Program-made: the position numbers and the translations under genes | Assembly (NCBI RefSeq): GCF_000485595.1 | Contig: NW_014577062.1 | Location: forward strand, 850,027 to 879,277 | Source of the DNA: Priapulus caudatus | Lineage: Eukaryota | DNA: 29,251 nt | Direction: 5' to 3' | Shown here: positions 11,478-23,661 of the stretch, piece after piece | Layout: every line of letters begins with the position of its first letter | Numbering within the stretch: the stretch's first letter is position 1 | Notes under the pieces: model-generated | What the model saw: the letters and a program-made list of their open reading frames with translations, nothing else | Databases searched by the model: none | What the model was told of the DNA's origin: nothing

Positions 11478-12650
11478 GGCGCCGCGCGTCGCGGGCGGAT
11501 GCAGCACGCCGGCGGCCAGCACCGCGTCCCTCGCGGCCTGCACGCCGCGCCACACCTTCTCGCGCGCCTCGTAGCCGGCAGCCCGCCTCCTCGCATCCAG
11601 CACCTGCGCACGCTCTTCTCGAGCGGCTCGGCGGCGCCCCTGCCGCTGTCGTGCGCAGTCGCAGGGGGTCGTCGAGGCGGCCAGCGACGCGGCGATTGCT
11701 GCGGGCGTGCGGTCGCGCTCGTTGTTGCCGACGACAACGAGCGAGATGGCCGGCGCGACGCGCAGACAGTGAGCGACGGCGGGCGTGCACGCCGCCGCGC
11801 CGCCGGACAGGTAGACGCCGACGCACTGGTAGTCGTCCTCGGAGACGCTCAGCCGCGGCTCTGCGTCGTCGAGCGGCCGCCGCTGCGCGAGAACTCGGCG
11901 TCGAGGTCCGACCACGTGTGCGAGTAATTGAGCGAGAGGTCGGCGTTCGGCACGAACATCGCGTCGAGCTCAAGCCGCGACGCGGCGGGGACGCGCGGAC
12001 GGCGGCGACGTGGCGGGACGCGCGCGCGCGCGCGACGCGCCGGCGTGTAGAAGCGCTCGCCGCCGCTGTCTGAGAGGCTGCTGCAGCCGCTGCCGTGCCG
12101 ACGCTCACACCGCAAGCAGCTCTGCAGCAGCGCGACGAGCATCAGCATGTCGGACGCGTGCAGGCCCGCGGCCGCGCCGCACGAGTACTGCGCGAGCAGC
12201 TTGGTGTCGACGACAAGCAGCGCGTGGTGCGCGCTCGCGTCCACGCTCGAGCGCAGCTTGCCGAGCGCGGTCTCGGCGAGCCGCACCGTGCGCGCGCTCA
12301 GCGCCTGCTTCGAGCGCAGCCCGCTCGACGGCGTCCGCCATGAACGCCTGCTCGTGCCGCTGCAGGTCGACGCAGGTCGCGAGCAGCGAGGCGACGAAGC
12401 TCCAGCGCGCTGCCGCCGCTCGATCGTGCGCTCGGCTTGACGATGGCGCCGCGGCGTGGCCGTAGAGGAAGAGCAGTATGTGGTGGAGCGTAGAAGCTTG
12501 CGCGCGAGGAACGCGTCCGTCTCGTCGCCGTCGCCGTTCGCGGCCATGTACAGCTGCCCGGAGAACTGCCGGAACGTGAAGAGGAAGTTGTTCTCCGTGC
12601 GCAGGCACATGTACGGCTGCTGCAGCTGCTGCTGCATGACGGCGTGCCGT
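11478..12650 (-). pseudogene. HPS1: Inverted, indel-ridden copy of HPS1 exon 1 (probably assembly duplicate)
   Basis: Reverse complement of about 23965-25108 with many small deletions and frameshifts; ends at the N gap; runs about 29 nt further into GC-rich sequence (VLHPPATRGA) than the other copy. Confidence 0.8.
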
Positions 12651-12675
12651 NNNNNNNNNNNNNNNNNNNNNNNNN
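12651..12675. other. Assembly gap (25 N)
   Basis: Run of 25 N. Confidence 0.99.
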
Positions 12676-12677
12676 CC

Positions 12678-12850
12678 GGTCCTTGAGGTAACCTTTGTGG
12701 CTCGCTGCGTCACCAAATAAAGCTTTACTTTTCGATCCAGTTCACACATAACCATCCACAGAAATTGGCACTTCAAGTTTAAAATCTGGAGTCTTGTCCA
12801 AAGCCTCGCTCACGCATGTCCTCCTCTCCTAGGAAGGCAATCTTTTGTTT
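12678..12850 (-). pseudogene. CDIN1: Inverted partial copy of CDIN1 exon 4, truncated by the gap
   Basis: Near-identical reverse complement of 23335-~23507; upstream intron similarity continues to about 13167 (matches 23021). Confidence 0.8.
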
Positions 12851-13867
12851 CTGTACAAAATTCAATTAATATAGATTCACAATATTCTCAGTTACAAAAC
12901 ACTGCATAAGTGTAACGGAAATAACAGTGACTGATTGCTGCACAAAGTTACGAGAGCAGAAATTAAAAATGAACTTTTTAACATAAGAATAGTCTACCGT
13001 CAAAACTTTTTCAGACCAGACCACTTGTAACAATATTGCGGTCACTATCAGTCTAGTAGTATTGCATAAAATATCGCTAAAGTAATTTGTACCTGCGGCA
13101 GTAGACGTTTATATTACAGGGATGGGAATGACAATTGTGTTTTCAGCTGAAAATAGCCCGGGGTCCCGCAGGGGGGGGGGATAGCGGGCGGGGAGGGGGG
13201 CAGTCAGGTCCAGGGCAAAAGCCTGGGTCAGGGGCTCTTCAGGAAGCTTTTGAATTTCACAATTTAGCAAGATAGCAAGGCTATAAAATTGCACATTAGG
13301 GACACATCAACAGACAGAATTATAGCAGAGGCATATTAAGGTACACTGCCGGAGTATATCTTGCACTGTCATTATCATAACACTAGAATTTATAATCATA
13401 CATAAATTTATTCACTTCGCCAAACAAAAATATTTATGTACATTCCACACTGTCCCAAAGGCTAACCTTTATTATATAATATAGAGATTTCATTGTCCAG
13501 CGTTTCAAAATTTGTATTATGTCACTAAGTAAGATATTTTATTCAAATTATGAAACAACTTTAGGCAGCTTGTCCTGCCTGCCAGGCAAGTCTGTGAGCC
13601 CCACAGTGATCAGACATCAGGAAGGAAACGCTATTTGCTATTAGACGCAAAGGTGCCCAAAAATCCTCCTTGCGCGACGATATAATATTCCTAACACCAG
13701 GAGCTGGGGGGATGCGCGACATTATGTTTTATGCTTTTTAAAGTCACCAAAGCAAGCAGCTCGCGACAACCACCTTTGGTTATATATAGTATTATAAACA
13801 GAATTCCTTGGCGAGAAAGGAACACAAATTCGACGCTACGTTTGCCTACACGTGCAACGTACGGCAG

Positions 13868-14276
13868 AGCCTGGGCCGAGCTAGCGAAATTATTTTCCGA
13901 TCGATCGCGTACTATATCCGGGCCTTGCGTAGCACGCGCCAGCGGCGCCACGGTGGCGCTCTCTGACGGCGGCGAGAACGCGCTCGAGGGGCTGCGATCG
14001 GCGCTGCGCGAGCTGCATCGCGCACTCTACTTCCCCGCGCGTCTCCCGTGCCCCGTCGACCTGGAGGCAGTCTTCTCGATCCAGGGCGTCATTCGCGACA
14101 GTCTGCACGATTGCCGAGAACAGTTGGTGGTAAGCGCGAAAAACAATCTGATGATGACGTCTTTCCAGCAGAAATATCCGGGACTTCTTCACTTCTTATA
14201 CGTTGATAGACTGTCTCATCAGCTGACCGCTCCCAGCTTGCATGGAAGTAAAAGCGATGCACATCTAAAAGACAAG
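13868..14276 (+). CDS. HPS1: HPS1 internal exon
   Basis: KYPGLLHFLYVDRLSHQLTAPSL matches human HPS1 [22 protein letters not shown]; donor AAG|GTAAAT at 14276; the 5' boundary (GGCAG|A, at the GC shift) is less certain. Confidence 0.85.
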
Positions 14277-14494
14277 GTAAATTTCGCATGAACTTCGTAT
14301 TACTGTAACTCCAGTTTATATCTCAATTCAAATTGTTTTTTTGGAGCAGTCATTATATATAGCACCTTGTTCCTACGCAATGTTGTTTTCATTCTCAACC
14401 ATAGATCTTGAGATCCATCGATAGATCTTGAGACCTAGGACTGATTGCCTGGTCTATGTTCGGGTTAGTATAGTGTAGTGGCACTGTTATGCAG

Positions 14495-14691
14495 GTGTGG
14501 GCTGCAATGAAGCAAGCACACAAGTATCTGAAGCGAGGGTGTTCATCCAGCAGATGGAGGATGCATGACATATACTACTCGTACTTCCTCTGGTTTGAGG
14601 ACGGCAGCGGGAATCCTCTGCCAGCAAACTTGGCGAACTGCAGTGCCCTGCGCCACTCAGAACCCGGCATGTTGGGTTCTGATATTTACAG
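14495..14691 (+). CDS. HPS1: HPS1 penultimate exon
   Basis: TGCAG|VWAAMKQAHKYLKRG...YYSYFLWFED...PGMLGSDIY matches human VWSLIQLARRYLQKG...YCSYFLWFEN...IGMLGGDYY; donor AG|GTAAAG, phase 2. Confidence 0.92.
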
Positions 14692-14959
14692 GTAAAGCCT
14701 CGTGACCATGGATTTTAATGGCTATAAGGTTACAGTGCTTATCTAATAGTTCAGCATAATCTGCCCTTATTCAATCCAGAGCAACGTTTATGATCAGAAC
14801 AAAAAGATTATGAAGAAATGAGCCTCACAATCAGTATCTGATAATTAGGTTCATAGAGCTTCAGTGTGCAAAATTGGTTTGACTGAGGTTAATCACATAT
14901 GATTAGTGTCTGTGGAGTTGCATGCCACTACTGATTGTTGTTAACCAGTGTATAAGATT

Positions 14960-15470
14960 CATGTTTGTCGTTGACAGTTGTATGACACTAGTGTTTGTCG
15001 TTGACAGCTGTTGTATGACACTAGTGTGTTGTTGACAGTTGTATGACACAAGTGTGTTGTTGTTGATAGTTGTATGACACAAGTGTGTTGTTGTTGTTGA
15101 CAGTTGTATGACACTAGTGTTTGTTGTTGACAGTTGTACGGCACTAGTGTTTGTTGTTGGCAGTTGCACGACACTAGTGTTTGTTGTTGACAGCTGTATG
15201 TCACTAGTGTTTGTTGTTGACAGTTGTACGGCACTAGTTTTTGTTGTTGACAGTTGTATGACACTAGTGTTTGTTGTTGACAGTTGTATGGCACTAGTGT
15301 TTGTTGTTGACAGTTGTACGGCACTAGTGTTTGTTGTTGACAGTTGTATGACACTAGTGTTTGTTGTTGACAGTTGTATGACACTAGTGTTTGTTGTTGA
15401 CAGTTGTATGGCACTAGTGTTTGTTGTTGGCAGTTGTACGGCACTATGTGTTTGTTGTTTGACAGTTATG
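14960..15470. repeat. 30-bp minisatellite A, first block (~17 units)
   Basis: Unit GACAGTTGTAYGRCACTAGTGTTTGTTGTT, exact 30-nt period. Confidence 0.97.
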
Positions 15471-16044
15471 TCAGGTTTTTTTTTCATTATCTTTTATAGT
15501 AACAGGCCGAAATGCTTTTGCATGAGGGCGTGGGGAAGTGCGGTTTTGGGGGTACCCCGCCAAAATTTTTTTTTTAAATTAGATGTCTCTGAGATGGCAA
15601 GCTGGCGTATTCTGAAGCTGCCAGGTAAACAGACACATCTTGGATTAGCAGTATGCGTCCTTATTTTTCCAAATTTGCGTTTCTGCCTGGTACACCCCCT
15701 TTCAGAGTCAGCCAGAAGTTTCCAAATTATGTGGACCACGATTTGAAGTAATTAATAAGCAGTTAGACAATTAAGTACGGAAAATAGCTTACTCAAAAAG
15801 GAAAAAAAGAAGCTTCTTGCTGCAACATAACGTCCACAAATTACTCAAACTGATTTATTAGTAGTAGGATCATTAAAAACACGTCGACTTTGGAGAATAA
15901 TTAGAGGCCAAACTAAATGGCAAATAAATAATTTTTTTTATTTTAAAAAAAATATACTTGAGCCAATTTAACCGGTCCCGAACAAAGCAGAGAGTAGAAC
16001 GCGTCAATTCGGCGTGATGGGACGCGTTCCTAAATGGAACACTG

Positions 16045-17172
16045 AGTGTACGGCACTCAGTGTTTGTTGTTGACAGTCTCTGTATGCCGACACCTACAGT
16101 GTTTGTTGTTGAACAGTTGATATGGCCACCAGTGTTTGTTGTTGACAGTTAGTATGGCAACTAGTGGTTTGTTGTTGGAAACAGTTGTACGGGCACTAAG
16201 TGTTGTTGTTGTTGATTGCTGTACCGGCACTAGGTTGTTTGTAGACCAGTTGTATTTGACAACTAGGTGTTTGTTGTTGACGTTGTATGTTCACGTAGTG
16301 TTTGTTGTTGACAGTTGATATGACACTAGTGGTTTGTTTGTTGACAGTTGTATGGGCACTAGGTATGTTCGTTGACAGTGTATTGACACTAGTGTTTGTG
16401 TTTGACAGTGTGGACACGTAGTATTTTGTTGTTGACAGTTGTATGTCACTGGAGTGTTTGTTGACTGACAGTTGGATATCGGACAACTAGTGTTTGTTCG
16501 TTGACAGTTGTATGGCACTACGTGTTTGTTGTTGACAGTTTGCTTACGGCACTTAGTTTTTGTTAGTTGCAACGTTGATTGGCACACTAGTGTTTGTGTG
16601 ACAGTTGTTATGGCAACTAGTGTTTTGTTTTTGACAGTTTTATGGGCAACCTAGTGTTTGTTGTTGGCAGTTGTATGACACTAGTGTTTGCTTGTTTGAC
16701 AGTTGTATAAACACTATAGTTGTTTGTTGTTGACAGTTGTAATGGCACTAGTGTATTGTTGTTGGCCAGGTTGTATGACACTAGTGTTCTGTGTTGACAG
16801 TTGTATGGGCACTAGTGTTGTGTTGACAGTTTTATGCGCACTAGAAAACTGTTTGTAGGTTGACAGTTGTCATGGACACTAGTGTTTGTTGATTGACAGT
16901 TGTATGACACTAGTGTTTGCTTGTGACAGTTGTATGGCACTCAGTGTTGTTGTTGACAGTTTTATGGGGACTAGTGGGGCGTTTTTCTTTTTTTTTTTTT
17001 CTTTGTTGTTGACAGTTGTATTTCGCACTCCGTGTTATGTTGTTGGCAGTTGTATGACACTAGTCGTTTGTTGCTTGACAGTTTGTGCGGCACTAGTGTT
17101 TGTTGTTGACAGTTGTATGGCACTAGTGTTTGTTGTTGGCAGTTGTATGACACTAGTGTTTGTTGTTAACAG
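16045..17172. repeat. 30-bp minisatellite A, second block (~36 units, indel-noisy)
   Basis: Same unit with scattered 1-3 nt insertions; last unit TGTTGTTAACAG is the acceptor of the final HPS1 exon. Confidence 0.95.
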
Positions 17173-17348
17173 GCTCATGAGGCGAGAGCTGTTTGAGAGC
17201 GTGATGTTGCTGCTACGAGCTGCTGTGTCTGCACCACACCTCGCTTCCACTCACTAGGATCCTGCAGCAGTGTCAGCAGCTGGCTGCTGAACTGTGGGCT
17301 GAGTCTCACAGCGGTGCGATCAGCATGGTGCTGAATGTTCTGCGGTAA
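17173..17348 (+). CDS. HPS1: HPS1 terminal exon (apparent 1-nt frameshift between 17174 and 17211)
   Basis: Starts (R)LMRRELF; from 17211 CYELLCLHHTSLPLTRILQQCQQLAAELWAES...VLR* matches human [33 protein letters not shown]; TAA at 17346-17348. Confidence 0.85.
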
Positions 17349-19824
17349 ACACACACGACCTTACAGAGGCACTTACAAACACACACGACCTTACATAGGC
17401 ACATAGCAAACACACACGAGCCTACTACATAGGCACGATCAAACACACACGACCTTATCATAGGCACGTACAACACCACACGACCTTACATCAGGCGACG
17501 TCACAAACACACAGCGACTTACATATGCGCACTGTAACACAGACTTACATACACTGACAAACACAGGCCTTACATAGGCATGTACAAACACACACGACCT
17601 TACATAGGCATGTACAAACACACACGACCTTACATAGGCACGTACAAACACACACGACCTTACATAAGGCACGTACAAACACACACACCTTACATAGGCA
17701 CGTAAAACACACACGACGCTTACATAGGCATGTACAACACACACGACCTTACATAAGGCACGTACAAACACACACGACCTACAATAGGCATGTACAAACA
17801 CACCACGACCTTACATAGGCACGTACAAACACACACGACCTTACATAGGCACGTACAAACACACACGACCTTACATAGGCACGTACAAAACACACACGAC
17901 CTTTACATAGGGACGTACAAACACAACGCCCTTACATAGGCACGTACAAACACCATCACGACCTTACATAGGCACGTTACAAACACACACGACCTTACAT
18001 AGGCAGCGTACAACAACACACACGCCCTCTACATAGGCGCATGTACAAACAAACACACCCTTACATAGGCACGTACAAACAGCACACGACCTTACGATAG
18101 GCCACGCTACAAACACACACAACCTTACATAGGCACGTACAAAACACAACGACCATTACATTAGGCGACGTACAAACACACACGACCTTACATAGGCACG
18201 CTTACAAACACACAGCGACCTTACATTTAGGCACGTAACAAACACACACGACCTTACATAGGCAGTACAAACACAACACGACGCTTACATAGGCACCGTC
18301 AAACACCACACGGTGCTTTACATAAGGCCACTACCAAACCACACACCGACCTTACATAGTGTCGATATGTTACAAACACACAACGACCTATACCATAGGG
18401 CCACTTTACAAACACACACAACCTTACATAGGGCACGTTACAAACACACACGACCTTACATAGGCACGTACAAACACACACGACCTTACATAGGCATGTA
18501 CAAACACACACGACCTTACATAGGCACGTACAAACACACACGACACTTACAATAGGGCACGTACATAACACACACGACCTTACATAGGCACGACAAACAC
18601 ACACGGCCTTACATAGGCATGTTTAACAACACACACGACCTTACATAAGGCACGTACAGAACAACACGCACCTTACATAGGCGTACAACCACACCCCCCC
18701 CCCCCCCCCCCCCACGACCTTACATAGCACGTACAAACACCACACGGCCTTACATAGGGATGTTACAAACACAACGACGCTTACATAGGCATGTACAAAC
18801 ACACACGTACCGTACATAGGCACGTTTACAAAACCACACACGACCTTACATAGCATTGTACGCAAACCACACACGACCTACATAGGCACGTACACAACAC
18901 ACACGACCTTACATAGGCATGCTACAAACACACACGGGCCAATTACATAGGACGATACAAAACACACACGACCTTCAATAGGCACGTACAAACACGACAC
19001 GACTTACATAAGGGCACGCTACAAACACCACACGCCTTACATAAGGCCACGTACAAACACACACGAGCCTTACATTAGGCACGTACAAACACACACGACC
19101 TTTACACTAGGCACGTACAAACACACACGACCTTACATAGGCGACATGTACAAACACACACGACCTTACATAGGCACTTACACAACCACAACGACCCTTA
19201 GCATAGCACTACAAACCACACAACCTTACATAGGCACGTACAAACACACGCCTTAACCATAGGGGACGTACAAACACACACGCCTCACATAGCGAACCGT
19301 ACACAACACACACGACCTTACATAGGCATCGTACAAACACACACGACCTTACATAGGACACGAAACGGCTACTAGCACACAACACACAACCTTACATAAG
19401 GAGATACAAACACACACGACCTTCAACAGGGACGTACAAAACACACACGACCTTACATAGGGAGCTTACAAAACACACACGACCTTACATAGCGGCACGT
19501 ACAACACAGCACACGACCTTACATAGCAGTACAAACCAACACACGCCCTTACATAGGCAGGTACAAACACAACACGACCTTTACCATAGGGACGTACAAA
19601 CACACACCGCCTATACATAGGCACGTACGAGGAACACACACGGCCTATTACATAGGCATGTACAAACACACACGCCCTTACATAGGCACGTACAAACACA
19701 CACGACCTTACATAGGCACGTACAAACACACACGACCTTACATAGGCACGTACAAACACACACGACCTTACATAGGCACGTACAAACACACACGCCCTTA
19801 CATAGGCACGTACAAACACACACC
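17346..19824. repeat. 30-bp minisatellite B (~80 units) starting at the HPS1 stop
   Basis: Unit ACAAACACACACGACCTTACATAGGCACGT; clean units at 17570-17660 and 19650-19820, noisy elsewhere. Confidence 0.97.
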
Positions 19825-21748
19825 TAGCGGTGAAGACACGGCAAGAAATGCCAAGAAACGCACAATGACGAACACACCCAGTAGATGACATGCACAGTGA
19901 TGGAAACAACCATTCTTGAACATATTTGTTCATAAGTGTTTTACGATATTTACATTGATAGTGCTCAGATATGACCTCAGCAAGGAATAAAGTTTTGGTA
20001 GGTAGGCTTAAGGACTAGTTGCATGTTCGTGGTGAAAAGGCACATATGAACATATACTACATGTGAGTCCTGATGAAATTCTAAATATTATAAATTAAGC
20101 TGATAAATATTAATGAAATGCATTTTTCAGGAATTTTGTTTATTCATAGATGTGTAAAATGGTGCTTTATGTATGCTTTTATCAGGAGTACATTAACCTG
20201 TTGATGTACTTTTGATATTATGATGGTGCAAATTTATGTTAGAATTTATTTTATAATACTGGTAATTGACTGTGGTGGCAAATAATTTACAGAACGTATA
20301 ATCTAAATAATGCTAGTCAGTCCATAAAATCTTGAACTAATATTGAATAACTTCTGAATATCTGTATATATGTAACAGAGAATGTTCTAGGCAAGCAACA
20401 TGAAATATAAAATGAAGAGTAAGAAGTAAGGTAAATTGCATTATCGCAGTTATTTTTGTACTGATGTTTTACAAATTTGGTCTGTGGAGTGACTGCAAAT
20501 TCGAATAGTACTAGGAATCCTAATAAAAACGTTATAATTCGTATAAAAGTGTTGTTTCTATGTGTGTTTCCTTTGCATAACTTGTGTTCTAACAAATTTG
20601 CACCCATCCTGTGTCTCACACATGGTGCTCTGCATAATAGTAATAATTAATAAACAGGCTGCAAGTAAACACAAGTAAACCGACCATCATACATTTTCGA
20701 ATTAATTTATTTAAGTTAACATACGATACAGCTGCAACATAGCACATCCAGAAAAGAAAAATTCGGGAAACCAACTACGTGTTGCTGCAACATGAAAAAC
20801 TGGCCTGAAAAATATTGAGATTATAAATTATGCACATCTACTTCGAATATTAAAGCGTACTATCCTAGAGATAAATTGCAAAGACGAAGGTATCCTAGAG
20901 GTATCACGCCCAAGCGAACACAACGTTTCGTTGTATCTTTATGCTTCTTCAGGTGCAAGTGGGATCCTGCGGTGCTACATGGTACCGAACAGAGGGCCTT
21001 ATCATGTTCACCACTGCCTTTATCACGTCCACTTCTAACCCTGTTAGCCCCACCGTGCCGGCACATTGGCAGACAACAAGCAATAGCTGCACAGTGGGCT
21101 TCCCCTTGAATGCCCCTTTTCAAAAAATTGAATAAAAAAATTCGAAAGAAAGTGCGCAAAGAAAAGTATACTTACACAGGTGCATGCATACACACAAGTA
21201 GTTACCTCTACTTTAGTAGATACTAACTAACGTGAGGGAAGTGAAGCTGAGTGCTACCTTTTTTTATAGATAAACGTATTTACTGCCTTGCCATTCCAAG
21301 TTGAATTATTTACCTTATTACTCCATACGTTTGTACAATAATTGTCTGTATGTCAACACTCATTTGAAAGGACAGTCGGCTGGTAACAATCCATATATAT
21401 TAAAAGGGAACAACATTCCGATTGTTACAATTTTAACCCAATACTGCATACCCAACACAACAAAAATTCTATGCAACATGCTTCAGACGAAAGGGGTCAG
21501 TATATCTAAGTATATCTACACATCCCATGATAAAAATGTTTTTTGTTGATAGTTACAGAAGGAGTTCACTCACAATCACACGTTGGTTAAACAACATGGT
21601 GGTGCTTCATACAAATCCCAGCTAATGGCAACCAATCTCATAGTAATTACTGATGACCAATCCACTGGAATTTGGGGAAATTACAGATAACTATTGTGGA
21701 CGAGGGAGGGTGGGACTTTCCATGCAATATGCATGTGCACGAGCTTTC

Positions 21749-21804
21749 CTAAATGACCACCTTGTCCTTCATCCAGTTGACAATTTTCTCTTTAAGTTCG
21801 GTAG
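21749..21804 (-). CDS. UBE4B: UBE4B terminal exon
   Basis: TTTTAG acceptor; (A)TELKEKIVNWMKDKVVI* vs human PELKEQIQAWMREKQ; phase fits the preceding exon. Confidence 0.85.
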
Positions 21805-21989
21805 CTAAAATCATAAAATTAATGACAGTCTAAGTCACAATCATCAATATACAAATATTTTGAACATTTAATAAGCATTACAACAATAGAAAGTTAGTTG
21901 GGAAATGTGAGATTATGTAGAATAATTCCACTGACATTTCTCAGCAACAAAAAACTTCCGATGCAGCTTCTTTTTTATTTCTAACTTAC

Positions 21990-22139
21990 CGGGTTCTAGC
22001 ATGTCTTCAGTGAGTGGTTGTCTATTAAATGGATCTGTTGAGGAATTTAGTAGATGCCTCAGTATTATGGGTCGATCCATTATTGTACCACTAGGTGGCA
22101 GCACAACTGGATCTACCATAATGGTATCCATTAGTGGGT
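21990..22139 (-). CDS. UBE4B: UBE4B U-box exon
   Basis: [50 protein letters not shown] is the Ufd2/UBE4B U-box; canonical AG/GT. Confidence 0.95.
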
Positions 22140-22268
22140 CTGGAAGAAATAGCATCAGTATCTTAGGCACTTAATTATAATTTTAACAAACGTTTAGCAA
22201 TTTATCATTTGATCCTATTTTGTGTATATGTCATGTGTGGAATGAAATGCTGTGTTTATTCAGCTTAC

Positions 22269-22443
22269 CTCTGAATTCATCTGGGGCATCACTGTAGTCA
22301 ATATCCTTTTTCAACTTGGCAATCAAAATTGTATCTATTTTCGATGAAAGATGGCGGAACTGTGCAATCTCTGCCTCCGTCTTGATCAAGGATCTAGTCA
22401 TCCTAACCACTGCATCATCAAATAACTCCTTCCTATAAGACCT
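22269..22443 (-). CDS. UBE4B: UBE4B exon preceding the U-box
   Basis: RSYRKELFDD...DIDYSDAPDEFR (human RSYSKELFEE...EIDYSDAPDEFR); TTTCAG acceptor, G|GTAAGC donor. Confidence 0.93.
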
Positions 22444-23334
22444 CTGAAATACATCAGATATTATTACAATTACATTTTCCAAATACACTGTGGAATATTA
22501 CATGTATGCATCTACTATACTGACAATAATATTAAGAAATAACCGATGTCAGATTTAATATTTAAATACAGACACTAAGGAAATCCCCACACAAATAAGA
22601 CAAGTCACTGATGAGATTATATTGTCCCTTTGAAGAGAGGAAACTGGGTAGGATCAGCTGTTGGCTGCACTACATCATTACTTAAGGCATTGATTCTCTC
22701 GCGTTTTATTGAATGTGTTCTCTGCAAATAAATGTTTACTGCATTTGGGATCAGATAATTTCACATATCAAATAACCAGACTGTTAACTTTTTAATTTGG
22801 ATTTGCAGTTTGTTTTGTTTCATTGATAAAAGGAACAAAATGAAATAGAAACCATGGCAACTAAATCCTCTATACCTTACTGCATATTTGGGATCAGTTC
22901 GCGTATCAAACGTAGTAACCACGATGGTAGCTTGCTTGAACATTGGATTTGTAGAATACTTGTTTTGCCGATACAAGAAACAGAATGGAACGGGAGCCTT
23001 AGCAAGCTCTTTGCTTCAATGGACCCCGGCTATTTTCAGCTGAAAACACAAATTGTCATTCCCATCCCTGTATATAAACGTCTACTGCAGGGTACAACAC
23101 TTAGCGATATTTAGCAACACTAGACTGATAGTGACCCAATATTGTTACAAGTGGCTGGTCTGAAAAAGTTGACTGTAAGATCTAATTCTATGTTAAAAAG
23201 TATCATTTTTAATTGTCTGCTCTCGGTACTTTGTGGCAGCATCAGTAACTGTTATTTCCGTACACTTATCTGCAAGTGTTTTGTAACTGGAGAATTATGG
23301 TGAATTCTATTATTAATTTGGAATTTTTGTACAG

Positions 23335-23661
23335 AAACAAAAGATTGCCTTCCTAGGAGAGGAGGACATGCGTGAGCGAGGCTTTGACAAGACTCCAGAT
23401 TTTAAACTTGAAGTGCCAATTTCTGTGGATGGTTATGTTGTGAACTGGATCGAAAGTAAAGCTTTATTTGGTGACCCAGCGAGCCACAAATGTTACCTCA
23501 AGGACCAGTTCTGGAGCTATTGGAATAGATTTGGACCTGGCCTTGTAATATATTGGTTTGGCTTCATTGATGAGCTTGACACAAACAGAGACAAAGGCAT
23601 ATTACTGTTCGACAAATTTCCTGAAAACTTTGTGTATTTTGATGCTTCGTCACTGACTTAG
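23335..23661 (+). CDS. CDIN1: CDIN1 exon 4 (terminal; PD-(D/E)xK nuclease domain)
   Basis: TTTTGTACAG acceptor, phase 0; [27 protein letters not shown]...[22 protein letters not shown] nearly identical to human C15orf41 as recalled. Confidence 0.95.
   Translation, partial: KQKIAFLGEEDMRERGFDKTPDFKLEVPISVDGYVVNWIESKALFGDPASHKCYLKDQFWSYWNRFGPGLVIYWFGFIDELDTNRDKGILLFDKFPENFVYFDASSLT

Noticed and set aside
11357..12776. Many overlapping Arg/Ala-rich ORFs (also 23650-25165) suggesting bacterial HGT or antisense genes
   Set aside because: Shadow frames of GC-rich HPS1 coding sequence; the real frame is a metazoan HPS1.
14903..15746. Repetitive ORFs (TTNTSVIQLS)n, (YNCQQQTLVS)n, (SCMTLVFVVD)n resembling mucin or ice-binding proteins
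   Set aside because: A stop-free 30-bp minisatellite inside an HPS1 intron opens several frames on both strands; no independent gene structure.
14960..19824. 30-bp repeats as a CRISPR array
   Set aside because: Units are head-to-tail with no unique spacers, no cas genes, eukaryotic intron/UTR context.
14960..19824. Arrays A and B being inverted homologues
   Set aside because: Reverse complement of A shares only ACAAACAC with B; not enough to claim common origin.
17439..19933. Cys-rich (VCVCTCLCKV)n metallothionein-like and (YKHTRPYIGT)n ORFs
   Set aside because: Translations of minisatellite B broken by random indels.
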